Source: an uncultured Verrucomicrobiota bacterium
GTDB lineage: Bacteria > Verrucomicrobiota > Verrucomicrobiia > Verrucomicrobiales > V1-33
Assembly (NCBI GenBank): GCA_942492905.1
Contig: OW818657.1
Span: 5,918,188-5,982,187 of the forward strand
Direction of reading: 5' to 3'
DNA length: 64,000 nucleotides
The notes under the pieces: model-generated
Database searches by the model: none
Told to the model about the DNA's origin: nothing
What the model saw: only the letters and a program-made list of their open reading frames with translations
Shown: in pieces, positions 1-17,761 of the stretch
How positions within the stretch are numbered: position 1 is the stretch's first letter
Layout of the letters: the number at the start of each line of letters is the position of its first letter
Translations under genes and position numbers: made by a program

Positions 1-510
1 TTAGACATTTTTCCCTGAGGGAGCTCCTGATTCCGGATCATCGGATTTCCCGGCACTATCCGCCAGTCTTTCGCGCAGAGACAGAAGCACCCGTTGAAAT
101 GCTTCCAGATCATCCAAATCAAGGCCGTCCGTGACTTGATTCACCCACGGTGCCTGCAGTTTCATCGCGGCTTCATAGGCTTGTTTGCCCTTTGCGCTCA
201 AAACGACCAGTTGGGCGCGGCGGTGGCGCGGATTGGCTTTGAAAGTGAGGAATCCCAGTCTGTGCAGATCATTCACGATGCGCTGCACGTTCTGGCGGTT
301 GGTCCCAAGATTCCGGGCAATCCCAGCCACGCTTTGCGGGGGACCGGCACGGACAATCGCGCCAAGGATTTGCCAACGGGTTCCGGTCAGTCCGAGATGA
401 GCCGCCAAACGGTCACCGGCATTCAGAATGAGACTGCCAACCCGGAATAGTTCCATCGTCAAAGTGGTCAATATCTCGCCGGCGGGGGTGCGTTGGGGTG
501 GTGGGGGCAT
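1..510 (-). CDS. MarR-family transcriptional regulator
   Basis: 169-aa ORF; its stop codon is nt 1-3, at the window edge. Winged-HTH MarR-like core LTGTRWQILGAIVRAGPPQSVAGIARNLGTNRQNVQRIVNDLHRLGFL. Divergently oriented to the esterase/xylanase operon. Confidence 0.85.
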   Translation of the reverse strand: MPPPPQRTPAGEILTTLTMELFRVGSLILNAGDRLAAHLGLTGTRWQILGAIVRAGPPQSVAGIARNLGTNRQNVQRIVNDLHRLGFLTFKANPRHRRAQLVVLSAKGKQAYEAAMKLQAPWVNQVTDGLDLDDLEAFQRVLLSLRERLADSAGKSDDPESGAPSGKNV

Positions 511-527
511 GGGTGGTTTGAACAGAT

Positions 528-7879
<7,352 letters not shown>

Positions 7880-7889
7880 CCTGCCCTGA

Positions 7890-9056
<1,167 letters not shown>

Positions 9057-9059
9057 TCC

Positions 9060-10475
9060 GTGTCAACCACCGCGCCACAACCCGCCGATGATGGCGTGAA
9101 TCTCCGGAAGAGCGAATACATCGGTTATGCGTTGGGCGATACCGCGTCCAACTTCTTCTTCCAGACCTTCAACATCTTCCTCACCTACTACTATGTGGAT
9201 GTGTGGGGCATCGCACCGACGGTGCTGCTCTGGCTGTTCCCGTTGGTGAGGGCATTCGGGGCGTTTGACGATGTCATCATGGGGCTGATCGCCGACCGCA
9301 CGAAAACCCGGTGGGGAAAATTCAGGCCTTATCTTCTTTTCGGAGCGATTCCCTACGGCATCTGCGGTTATCTCATGTTCCTCGGTCCGGATTTCGGGGA
9401 GACCGGAAAGATCATTTATGCCGGAGTGAGCTACGCGCTTATGATGGTCAGCTACACGGTGATCAATGTGCCCTACTCAGCCATGCTGGGAGTGATCAGC
9501 CCATCGCCGCGCACCCGCACCCTGGCCTCCACCTACCGGTTCGTCGGCGCTTTCGGAGCGGCCTTTCTCATCTCGCTTTTTGTGCGGCCCCTCGTCGAAC
9601 ATCTTGGCGCCGGGAATGAAACCCGCGGCTTCCAGCTGACCATGGCGATCTTCGCCGTGATCTCCGTGGTGCTCATTCTGATCACCTTTGCCACGACCAA
9701 GGAGCGGGTGAAACCCCCGTCGCAGCAGAAAACCAATGTCAAAGAAGAGCTGGGGGAACTTTTCAAAAACTGGCCATGGGTTGTGCTGCTTATCACGTCC
9801 ATTTTCTCCAATGCCTTTTCCGCGCTGCGTTCAGGCAGTTCGATCTTTTATTTCAAATACGTGCAGGGTTATGATTCCACGCCCGTCTGGTGGCGGCTGG
9901 ATCACACCACGCTGTTCCTCACCAGCGGAGCCCTGGGGCTGGTGCTGGGCACCCTGTGCCTCGCCCCCATCGCCCGGAAGGTGGATAAGAAATACTATGC
10001 CGCCGGCCTCAGCTTGATCACCGGCTTGTGTTTCCTGGCATTTTATTTCATCCCGAAAGGAGCCTTCTGGCCCATGGTCGCGCTGAATATGCTGGCGCAG
10101 TTTTGCGCGGGGCCCACCTCTGCCCTGACATGGGCCCTCTACGGCGATGTGGCGGACTATGGCGAGGTCAAATACGGCCGCCGCTCCACCGGCCTCATTT
10201 ATTCGGCGTCGTTGTTTTCCATCAAAGCCGGGATTCTGATCGGCGGTTTTCTGGTGCCGCTTTTCCTCGCCGGATATGGTTATGTCAAAGACGCCCCTGC
10301 ACAGACGACCCATGCCCTGCTGGGCATCGCTCTGGCCTTCTCCATCGGTCCTGCGATCTTTGCCCTGCTGAAGGCTGCGGCGCTGATAGTCTATCCACTC
10401 GATCAAAAACGCGTGGACGAAATAGAGGAATCCCTCGCCTCCCGGCGCAGGGAAACGGAAGCTCCCTCCGCATGA
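9060..10475 (+). CDS. Glycoside-pentoside-hexuronide (GPH):cation symporter, xyloside/oligosaccharide transporter type
   Basis: Polytopic membrane protein with the GPH signature GLIADRTKTRWGKFRPYLLFGAIPYG. GTG start 3 nt after the preceding stop. Its TGA overlaps the GH43 ATG (ATGA at 10472-10475). Confidence 0.85.
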   Translation: MSTTAPQPADDGVNLRKSEYIGYALGDTASNFFFQTFNIFLTYYYVDVWGIAPTVLLWLFPLVRAFGAFDDVIMGLIADRTKTRWGKFRPYLLFGAIPYGICGYLMFLGPDFGETGKIIYAGVSYALMMVSYTVINVPYSAMLGVISPSPRTRTLASTYRFVGAFGAAFLISLFVRPLVEHLGAGNETRGFQLTMAIFAVISVVLILITFATTKERVKPPSQQKTNVKEELGELFKNWPWVVLLITSIFSNAFSALRSGSSIFYFKYVQGYDSTPVWWRLDHTTLFLTSGALGLVLGTLCLAPIARKVDKKYYAAGLSLITGLCFLAFYFIPKGAFWPMVALNMLAQFCAGPTSALTWALYGDVADYGEVKYGRRSTGLIYSASLFSIKAGILIGGFLVPLFLAGYGYVKDAPAQTTHALLGIALAFSIGPAIFALLKAAALIVYPLDQKRVDEIEESLASRRRETEAPSA

Positions 10476-12130
10476 CCATCCGCAATCCTATCCTGCCTGG
10501 TTTCAATCCCGACCCGTCCATCGTGCGGGTGGGGGAGGATTATTACATCGCCACGTCCACCTTCGAGTGGTTTCCCGGGGTGCAGATTCATCACTCACGC
10601 GACCTTGTGAACTGGCGGCTCCTCACGCGTCCCCTGCGGCGGGCCAGCCAGCTCAACATGCTGGGCACGCCTGATTCCTGCGGCGTCTGGGCTCCCTGCC
10701 TGACCTATGCCGATGGCCTGTTCTGGCTGATCTACACGGACGTGAAGCGCTTTGGCCGCATGAGTGTGGCCGGGGCCAGCGGGTCGTCCATGCGGGATTT
10801 TCACAACTACCTGGTCACCTGCCCGGAGATCGATGGCGAATGGTCTGAACCTGTGCCGCTCAACAGCAGCGGATTTGATCCATCTCTTTTCCATGACGAC
10901 GATGGCAGAAAATACCTGCTCAACATGCTCTGGGACCACCGTGCGGGCCACAACCGCTTTGCCGGCATTTTGCTGCAGGAATATTCCACTGAGGAGCAGC
11001 GATTGATCGGTGAGCGGCGGATCATTTTCCATGGCACGGAACTGGGATTCACCGAAGCTCCGCATCTCTACAAACGCGATGGCTGGTATTACCTCCTTAC
11101 GGCGGAGGGCGGCACCTTTTGGGGCCACGCCGTCACCATGGCCCGGTCCCGCGACATTGCCGGTCCCTATGAGCTGCATCCTGACAATCCCCTGCTGACC
11201 TCCCGGGACCGCCCGGATGCCGTGCTCCACCGCGCCGGTCACGCCGATCTGGTCGAGACTCCCGCTGGCGAAACCTACCTGGTTTGCCTCGCCGGGCGCC
11301 CGCTGCCTAACCGGGGCCGGTGTACGCTGGGGCGCGAAACGATCATTCAAAAGATGCGTTGGCATGCGGATGGCTGGCTGCGCACCCTGGATGGCGGCAG
11401 CCTGCCCACATTGGAAACGCCGGCGCCGGATCTGCCAGCGCATCCGTTTCCAACAGCACCTGCGCGGGATGACTTCGACTCGCCGCACCTCGGTGTCGAT
11501 TATCAATGGCTGCGCACGCCGCATCCGGAGGAAATCTTCAGTCTCACTGCCCGGCCCGGCTTTCTTCGACTAACAGGACGCGAGACGCTCGGCAGTCTCT
11601 TCACGCAGGCCCTGGTGGCCCGCCGCCAGCAAGCGCATTGTTTTACGGCGGCGACGGTCATCGGGTTCGAGCCTGACCATTTCCAACAACTCGCGGGCTT
11701 GGTCTGTTACTACAGCAGCACGAAGTTCCATTACCTGCATCTTACCCACAGCGACGCCGCTGGAAAACATCTCCGCGTCATGTCCTGCGTGCCGGATTCC
11801 CCGCAGGCCGACTCCTTCACAGCGCCCATTCCAATTCTGCCAGGACGGCCCGTGCACCTTCGCGTGGAAGTGGACTTTGAGCGGCTCCGGTTCGGCTATC
11901 GGGTGGAAGGTGTGCACGACACCTGGCAATGGCTTCCCGAATCCTTCGATGCCAGCATTTTATCGGACGAATGCAATGCTCCCGGTCACGCCAGCTTCAC
12001 CGGCAACTTCCTCGGCATGGCCTGTCAGGATCTTTCCGGCACGCGAAAGGCTGCCGACTTTGATTCCTTTTACTACGCAGAACGGCCATTTGCCTCCGGG
12101 CTCAACTCCAACCCCCTGACTTTCCTATGA
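10472..12130 (+). CDS. GH43 beta-xylosidase / alpha-L-arabinofuranosidase
   Basis: MTIRNPILPGFNPDPSIVRVGEDYYIATSTFEWFPGVQIHHSRDLVNW is a classic GH43 N-terminus. There is a C-terminal beta-sandwich region. The ORF-track start at 10028 is an upstream in-frame extension overlapping the transporter; ATG 10472 is in frame and coupled. Confidence 0.9.
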   Translation: MTIRNPILPGFNPDPSIVRVGEDYYIATSTFEWFPGVQIHHSRDLVNWRLLTRPLRRASQLNMLGTPDSCGVWAPCLTYADGLFWLIYTDVKRFGRMSVAGASGSSMRDFHNYLVTCPEIDGEWSEPVPLNSSGFDPSLFHDDDGRKYLLNMLWDHRAGHNRFAGILLQEYSTEEQRLIGERRIIFHGTELGFTEAPHLYKRDGWYYLLTAEGGTFWGHAVTMARSRDIAGPYELHPDNPLLTSRDRPDAVLHRAGHADLVETPAGETYLVCLAGRPLPNRGRCTLGRETIIQKMRWHADGWLRTLDGGSLPTLETPAPDLPAHPFPTAPARDDFDSPHLGVDYQWLRTPHPEEIFSLTARPGFLRLTGRETLGSLFTQALVARRQQAHCFTAATVIGFEPDHFQQLAGLVCYYSSTKFHYLHLTHSDAAGKHLRVMSCVPDSPQADSFTAPIPILPGRPVHLRVEVDFERLRFGYRVEGVHDTWQWLPESFDASILSDECNAPGHASFTGNFLGMACQDLSGTRKAADFDSFYYAERPFASGLNSNPLTFL

Positions 12131-13413
12131 AACCCGTCACAAAACTAGTCCGCAGCCTCCTCCTTCCCGCCGTCCTGGTCAGCTCCCTGTTCGCGGCGGA
12201 CGGCCCGGTTACTCTGAAGGATGCCTACGCGCCTCACTTCAAAATAGGAACCTGCATCAACCGCAGTGTCGCCACGGGCCAGGGTGGGCGGCGGAGTGAG
12301 GACCAGGTCAAAGCGGACATCGCCCTGGTGAAGGCGCAGTTCAATCAGGTGGTGGCGGAGAATGAAATGAAGTGGATGAGCCTGCATCCCCGGGCGGGGA
12401 AGGATGGTTATGACTGGACCGCCGCGGACGCCTTTGTGGAGTTCGGAACCAAAAACAATATGGAAATGGCCGGGCACACGCTCGTGTGGCACAGTCAAAC
12501 TCCCAATTGGGTTTTTGAGGGCACCTTTCTGCCGCCGGGTGCCGCGGAAAAACAGAATCCTCCCGCTGCCGAAAGCACCCCGCCGGCGCCACCAGCGCCA
12601 ACGCCGCCGAACGGCGGACCTCCCAGCACCCGGCGCGGACCCGGCGGATTTCCCGGCTTCCGCCCCTTCGATCTCAATGGCCCCCGTGCCACCCGCGAGG
12701 AATTGCTCGAACGCATGCGTGAACACATTCATACCGTGGTGGGCCGGTACAAAGGTAAGATCAAGGTGTGGGACGTGGTGAACGAAGCCATTTCCGATGG
12801 CGGGGATGAGGTCCTGCGGAAGTCCCCGTGGTCCGTCATCATCGGGCCGGACTTTATTGAAAAGGCCTTTGAGTTTGCCCATGAGGCCGATCCAGACGCC
12901 ATCCTCCGCTACAACGACTATGGACTGGAGAACCCGAAGAAGCGCCAAAAACTCATCACCCTCATCAAAGGGCTGCAGGAAAAGAAGATTCCCGTCATGG
13001 CCATCGGCACCCAGGCGCATCTCAATGTCTCCGTGACTTTCGACATCATGGACCAGTCACTGGCGGAAATGAAGACGCTCGGTCTTCCTATCGACGTCAC
13101 GGAACTGGACGTGAACGGAGCCATGGGCGGTCAGGGAGGGTTCGGCGCGGACGTCGCGGGCAATGCCGCAGCCACGGACGGAGGACTGGTCGCCGAGGCT
13201 GACAAAAAACTGACCGAAGCCTACACCGCCGTATTCAAAGCCTTCCTCAAACACAAGGATGCCGTAAAAGTAGTAACCTTCTGGGGCCCCAACGATGCCA
13301 ACTCATGGAGGGGCCGCGCCCGCCCGCTGCTCTTTAATGGAGACAGCAAGCCAAAGCCCGCCTTCGATGCCGTCATTAAACTCGCCACGGAAAATGCGCC
13401 CAAAGCCCCGTAA
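12127..13413 (+). CDS. GH10 endo-1,4-beta-xylanase (secreted) with an internal Pro-rich insertion
   Basis: Signal peptide. GHTLVWHSQTPNWVF, WDVVNEA (acid/base Glu), IDVTELDV (nucleophile Glu). ATGA overlap with the GH43 stop. Confidence 0.9.
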   Translation: MKPVTKLVRSLLLPAVLVSSLFAADGPVTLKDAYAPHFKIGTCINRSVATGQGGRRSEDQVKADIALVKAQFNQVVAENEMKWMSLHPRAGKDGYDWTAADAFVEFGTKNNMEMAGHTLVWHSQTPNWVFEGTFLPPGAAEKQNPPAAESTPPAPPAPTPPNGGPPSTRRGPGGFPGFRPFDLNGPRATREELLERMREHIHTVVGRYKGKIKVWDVVNEAISDGGDEVLRKSPWSVIIGPDFIEKAFEFAHEADPDAILRYNDYGLENPKKRQKLITLIKGLQEKKIPVMAIGTQAHLNVSVTFDIMDQSLAEMKTLGLPIDVTELDVNGAMGGQGGFGADVAGNAAATDGGLVAEADKKLTEAYTAVFKAFLKHKDAVKVVTFWGPNDANSWRGRARPLLFNGDSKPKPAFDAVIKLATENAPKAP

Positions 13414-14310
<897 letters not shown>

Positions 14311-14421
14311 TGCGGTAAATGCCGGAAAACTTCTCCCTCCACCTCGCGCCCGACGTGGCGCGGGGCCGGCGCCGGCGCCTGATCCCAACTCCCCCATCAT
14401 CTCCCTTCCCTATCATTCAAG

Positions 14422-16992
14422 ATGAAATACCTTCTGCCGGTTGTCTTAACTCTACTGCTGCCTTTGCTCTGTCACGCGCAGGATCCGTCCCGGTTTGAAA
14501 AAGAAGTGTTGGCTGCGGGATTGAGTGACCCGCTGCAACTGGACATCGCCCAGGACGGACGGGTGTTTTTCATTGAGCGGAAGGGAGCGGTGAAAGTGTG
14601 GGAGCCGGCATCGCGGAGCACGGTGACGATTGGCGATTTCCCCTGCGCCACGGGTGGGGATGCGGGGGGGCTGGGGCTGACCCTGGCGCGGGATTTCCAA
14701 AAGAGCGGTCATCTTTATACGATCCGCGTGCCCGCGCAGGGCGAGGCGAAGCTGTTGTTGGCGCGCTTCAAACTCGAAGGCGGGAAGCTCGTGGACGAGC
14801 ATGCGGTTCTGACCATTCCGCTGGGCAAAGGGCGGGACCAGTCCCACTGCGGTGCGGGGCTTGCCTGGGATGCGCAGGGCAACCTCATCATCAGCGTCGG
14901 AGACAATATGGCGCCGCAGGATGTGCCGGCGGTTCATGCCGAAGACGCCGGGCGCGATGCGCGAGGCACGGCGGGAAATTCGCAGGAGTTGCGCGGGAAG
15001 ATTCTGCGTATCACCCCGCAGGCGGACGGCTCCTACGGCATCCCTTCTGGCAATCTTTTCCCCAATCCCCAACAAGGACGACCGGAGGTGTTCGCGTTTG
15101 GGGTGCGGAATCCATTTCGCGTCACTTGCGATGCGAAGACGGGTTTTATCATCTGGGGAGACGTGGGGGGCAACGTGCGCACGGAACTCGATCTGGGCCC
15201 GGAGGGTTTTGATGAGTTGAACGTGACGCGGGAACCGGGGTTTTTCGGCTGGCCGTTCTGTGCCGGGCCCAACCTGCCGTGGCGTCCGTTTGATCCGAAG
15301 ACGCAGAAGCCGGCCGGAGCGTTTTTTGATCCGGCAAAACTCATCAATGACAGCCGCTTCAACACGGGGCTGAAGGAGTTGCCGCCCGCCCGGCCTGCCG
15401 CTTTTTATTACGACAATCTGGCCTCGGAAGAGTGGCCGTTTGCCGGCAGCGGCGGGCGGAGCATCACCGGCGGCGTGGTTTACCGGAAGCCGGAGGCAGC
15501 GGGGGAATCGCGCCTGCCCGACGAATGGGAGGGGGCCTATCTTTTCTGCGAATGGATGCGCAACTGGGTGGCGGCGGCACGCTTCGACGGGGACGGCAAG
15601 CTGGTGAAGGCGGAGCGGGTGCTGGAAGGGTTGACGTTCAAGCGGCCGGCCGATTTAAAGATCGGGCCGGACGGTGCCCTCTACCTCGCGGAGTGCGGCG
15701 ACCAGTGGACCGGAAATACCGATAGCCGGATCACACGCGTGACTTACTGGCGCGGGAATCGGCCACCCGAAGCCGTGGTAGGTGCGGACCGCGTCGCCGG
15801 CAAGCTGCCGCTGGAGGTCGCGTTCGATGCCGCAGCCTCGCGTGACGCGGACGGCGGGGAGTTGAAATTCACTTGGGATTTTGGAGATGGAAAGCAGGCC
15901 GGAGGCGTCAAAACCAGCCACGTTTTCACCACAGCGGGCGTGTGGCCCGTAACGCTCACGGTCACGGATGCACAGGAGACCGCCGCCACGGCCGTGGTGA
16001 ATATCGCAGCCGGAAATGAAGCGCCCCGGGTGAAGTTTGCCACTCCGCTGGACGGCGGATTTTTGGATGGGAAGGAAATCGCCTGGACCGTCAACGCCAC
16101 GGATGCGGAGGATGGCGCGGTGCCGGCGGAGCGACTGCTGATTCAGCTGGAGAAACGCGACCGGGCAGCGACGGAAGAGACGCATCCCGGGCTGGCGCTG
16201 ATGAAAGGCACCACTTGTTTTGCCTGTCACAATGCCACGGATCAAAGCGCGGGCCCGCCCTATGCCGCCATCGCTGCGAAGTATGCCGCAGATTCCGGGG
16301 CGCGGGAAACATTGCAGGCGAAAATCATCCAGGGAGGGGCCGGGGTGTGGGGCCCATTGCCCATGCCGCCGCATCCGCAACACACGCCGGCCGAGGCGGC
16401 ACTGATGGTGGATTGGGTGTTGTCCTTGGCTCAACGCCGGATCACCGCGCTGCCCGCCGCCGCTGAGGGCAAAGCTGCCGTGCCGGCGACCGTGGGCGGG
16501 TTCGGCCGCGCGGACAATACCGTGATGTTCCTGACCGCCGCCACGACGGACCAGGGGGCCGGCGTGCTGCCACCGCTGCGGGGTTCCACCGAGGTGATGC
16601 TGCGCAGCCGGCGTCAGCGCGCCGCGTGCTTCGACCACGGTGAAAAAGCCGCCGCCCAGGACAATCTCGATCAGGGCGGACTGGTGGCGCGCATTCATCC
16701 CGGCGGCTGGATCGGGTTTGACCGCATCCGGCTGCAGGACTTCGGGCTCCTGAAACTGACTGCCTGGCCGCAAGGCGCGGCCCCACTCACCGTTAGCATT
16801 CTCACCGGTGGCCAGGAGCTGGCGCGGCAAACCCTGCCGCCCGGCCCGGCTGCCGGCCGGCCGCCTCCGGAATTCGTGTTCCCCATGCCGTCCGCCACCG
16901 AAGCCGGCCCGCCTCAGCAGGTGCGGATCAAATTGGAAGGCTCTGCCGGGAGTGTGCTGGAGATAATGTGGGTGGAATTCCAGCGGCGTTAG
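14422..16992 (+). CDS. PQQ-type soluble sugar dehydrogenase (GSDH beta-propeller) + PKD domain + cytochrome c + C-terminal CBM6-like domain
   Basis: FEKEVLAAGLSDPLQLDIAQDGRVFFIERKGAVKVW and VFAFGVRNPFRVTCDAKTGFIIWGDVG are GSDH-like. WDFGDG marks a PKD domain. Heme motif CFACH at nt 16216-16230, with GVWGPLPMPPH. The C-terminal segment GGWIGFDRIRL...VLEIMWVEF is CBM-like. Confidence 0.85.
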   Translation: MKYLLPVVLTLLLPLLCHAQDPSRFEKEVLAAGLSDPLQLDIAQDGRVFFIERKGAVKVWEPASRSTVTIGDFPCATGGDAGGLGLTLARDFQKSGHLYTIRVPAQGEAKLLLARFKLEGGKLVDEHAVLTIPLGKGRDQSHCGAGLAWDAQGNLIISVGDNMAPQDVPAVHAEDAGRDARGTAGNSQELRGKILRITPQADGSYGIPSGNLFPNPQQGRPEVFAFGVRNPFRVTCDAKTGFIIWGDVGGNVRTELDLGPEGFDELNVTREPGFFGWPFCAGPNLPWRPFDPKTQKPAGAFFDPAKLINDSRFNTGLKELPPARPAAFYYDNLASEEWPFAGSGGRSITGGVVYRKPEAAGESRLPDEWEGAYLFCEWMRNWVAAARFDGDGKLVKAERVLEGLTFKRPADLKIGPDGALYLAECGDQWTGNTDSRITRVTYWRGNRPPEAVVGADRVAGKLPLEVAFDAAASRDADGGELKFTWDFGDGKQAGGVKTSHVFTTAGVWPVTLTVTDAQETAATAVVNIAAGNEAPRVKFATPLDGGFLDGKEIAWTVNATDAEDGAVPAERLLIQLEKRDRAATEETHPGLALMKGTTCFACHNATDQSAGPPYAAIAAKYAADSGARETLQAKIIQGGAGVWGPLPMPPHPQHTPAEAALMVDWVLSLAQRRITALPAAAEGKAAVPATVGGFGRADNTVMFLTAATTDQGAGVLPPLRGSTEVMLRSRRQRAACFDHGEKAAAQDNLDQGGLVARIHPGGWIGFDRIRLQDFGLLKLTAWPQGAAPLTVSILTGGQELARQTLPPGPAAGRPPPEFVFPMPSATEAGPPQQVRIKLEGSAGSVLEIMWVEFQRR

Positions 16993-17158
16993 AACAAAGC
17001 GATTTCCACAGAGCGTGGGGGAGGGGCGAGGATGAGACATCGTTGGAATCCGACGGCAACACCTACAACTGCTCCTACCTCCAGAGTGTGGAAGTACGAG
17101 AGGTGAATAGCCTGGTAAGGGCCGCTGGAGTTTGGCTCCGGATTGTCGGATTTATGGT

Positions 17159-17761
17159 CTAATAAACCTCAGGCAATAGCCCCGCCTTTTTCTGCTCATA
17201 CCGACAATTCTTAGCTCCCTCAGGTTTGGTATTTTGTCTTGTTCGGGTGTTAAGGAGGTCAGGCAGCGTTTCAGGAAACCCCATCCTGATCCGGTATGCT
17301 TCAGGCTCATGTCGCTTAAGATTTCTGTAAATTGAAATTTCCTGCCGCCGCCAGCGGGTCGCGTCCGAATCATCAAGGCTTGCGACACGGATTAATCTGC
17401 GGCCCTCTGCGCAAAGTGGGTTGATGGTGCCATTCTTAGCTACGGACACGAGGGTGCCGTAGCCCAGCTTGCAGGGATCTGGCATCCGGCCCGCTGATTT
17501 CCAACTATTGCAAGTCGTGCAGGCAAGAACGAGGTTAGAATATGTGGTATCCAGGTCCCTGCGTTGCGAGCGTGGGACCAAATGTTCGACGACCCAAATG
17601 GCTCTCCGACGCTCCCACGTTTCCCGACGCAGACAATAGACGCAGCGGAAGTCGAACTCATCCCGAAGCCAATCCTTGTAGTCGGCATAGTCGGAGTAGC
17701 CGGACGGACCGTGTTTACGACAGTGGGGCTGGGTGGGATACAGAAACGGCTCAGGACTCAT
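17159..17761 (-). CDS. HNH endonuclease (200 aa)
   Basis: HNH/Zn-finger core CVYCLRRETWERRRAIWVVEHLVPRSQRRDLDTTYSNLVLACTTCNSWK (nt ~17498-17644). The start overlaps the methyltransferase stop by 4 nt (ATGA on the minus strand at 17758-17761). Confidence 0.85.
   Translation of the reverse strand: MSPEPFLYPTQPHCRKHGPSGYSDYADYKDWLRDEFDFRCVYCLRRETWERRRAIWVVEHLVPRSQRRDLDTTYSNLVLACTTCNSWKSAGRMPDPCKLGYGTLVSVAKNGTINPLCAEGRRLIRVASLDDSDATRWRRQEISIYRNLKRHEPEAYRIRMGFPETLPDLLNTRTRQNTKPEGAKNCRYEQKKAGLLPEVY

Noticed and set aside
10028-10471. Long N-terminal extensions in the ORF-track calls (10028 for GH43, 37506 for fasciclin, 39920 for dinB, 53754 for the PEP-CTERM protein, 61454 for the sulfatase, 63992 for urtD)
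   Set aside because: In every case an in-frame ATG immediately precedes the conserved N-terminus or a canonical signal peptide. The extension also overlaps a neighbouring gene, a terminator, or junk-like sequence. The shorter starts were adopted.
16993-17158. Attachment site, tRNA fragment, integrase or direct repeats flanking the MTase-HNH island
   Set aside because: No tRNA-like sequence, no recombinase ORF and no convincing repeat shared between 16993-17160 and 20506-20600 could be seen by eye. The mobility mechanism is left open rather than called as a mobile element.
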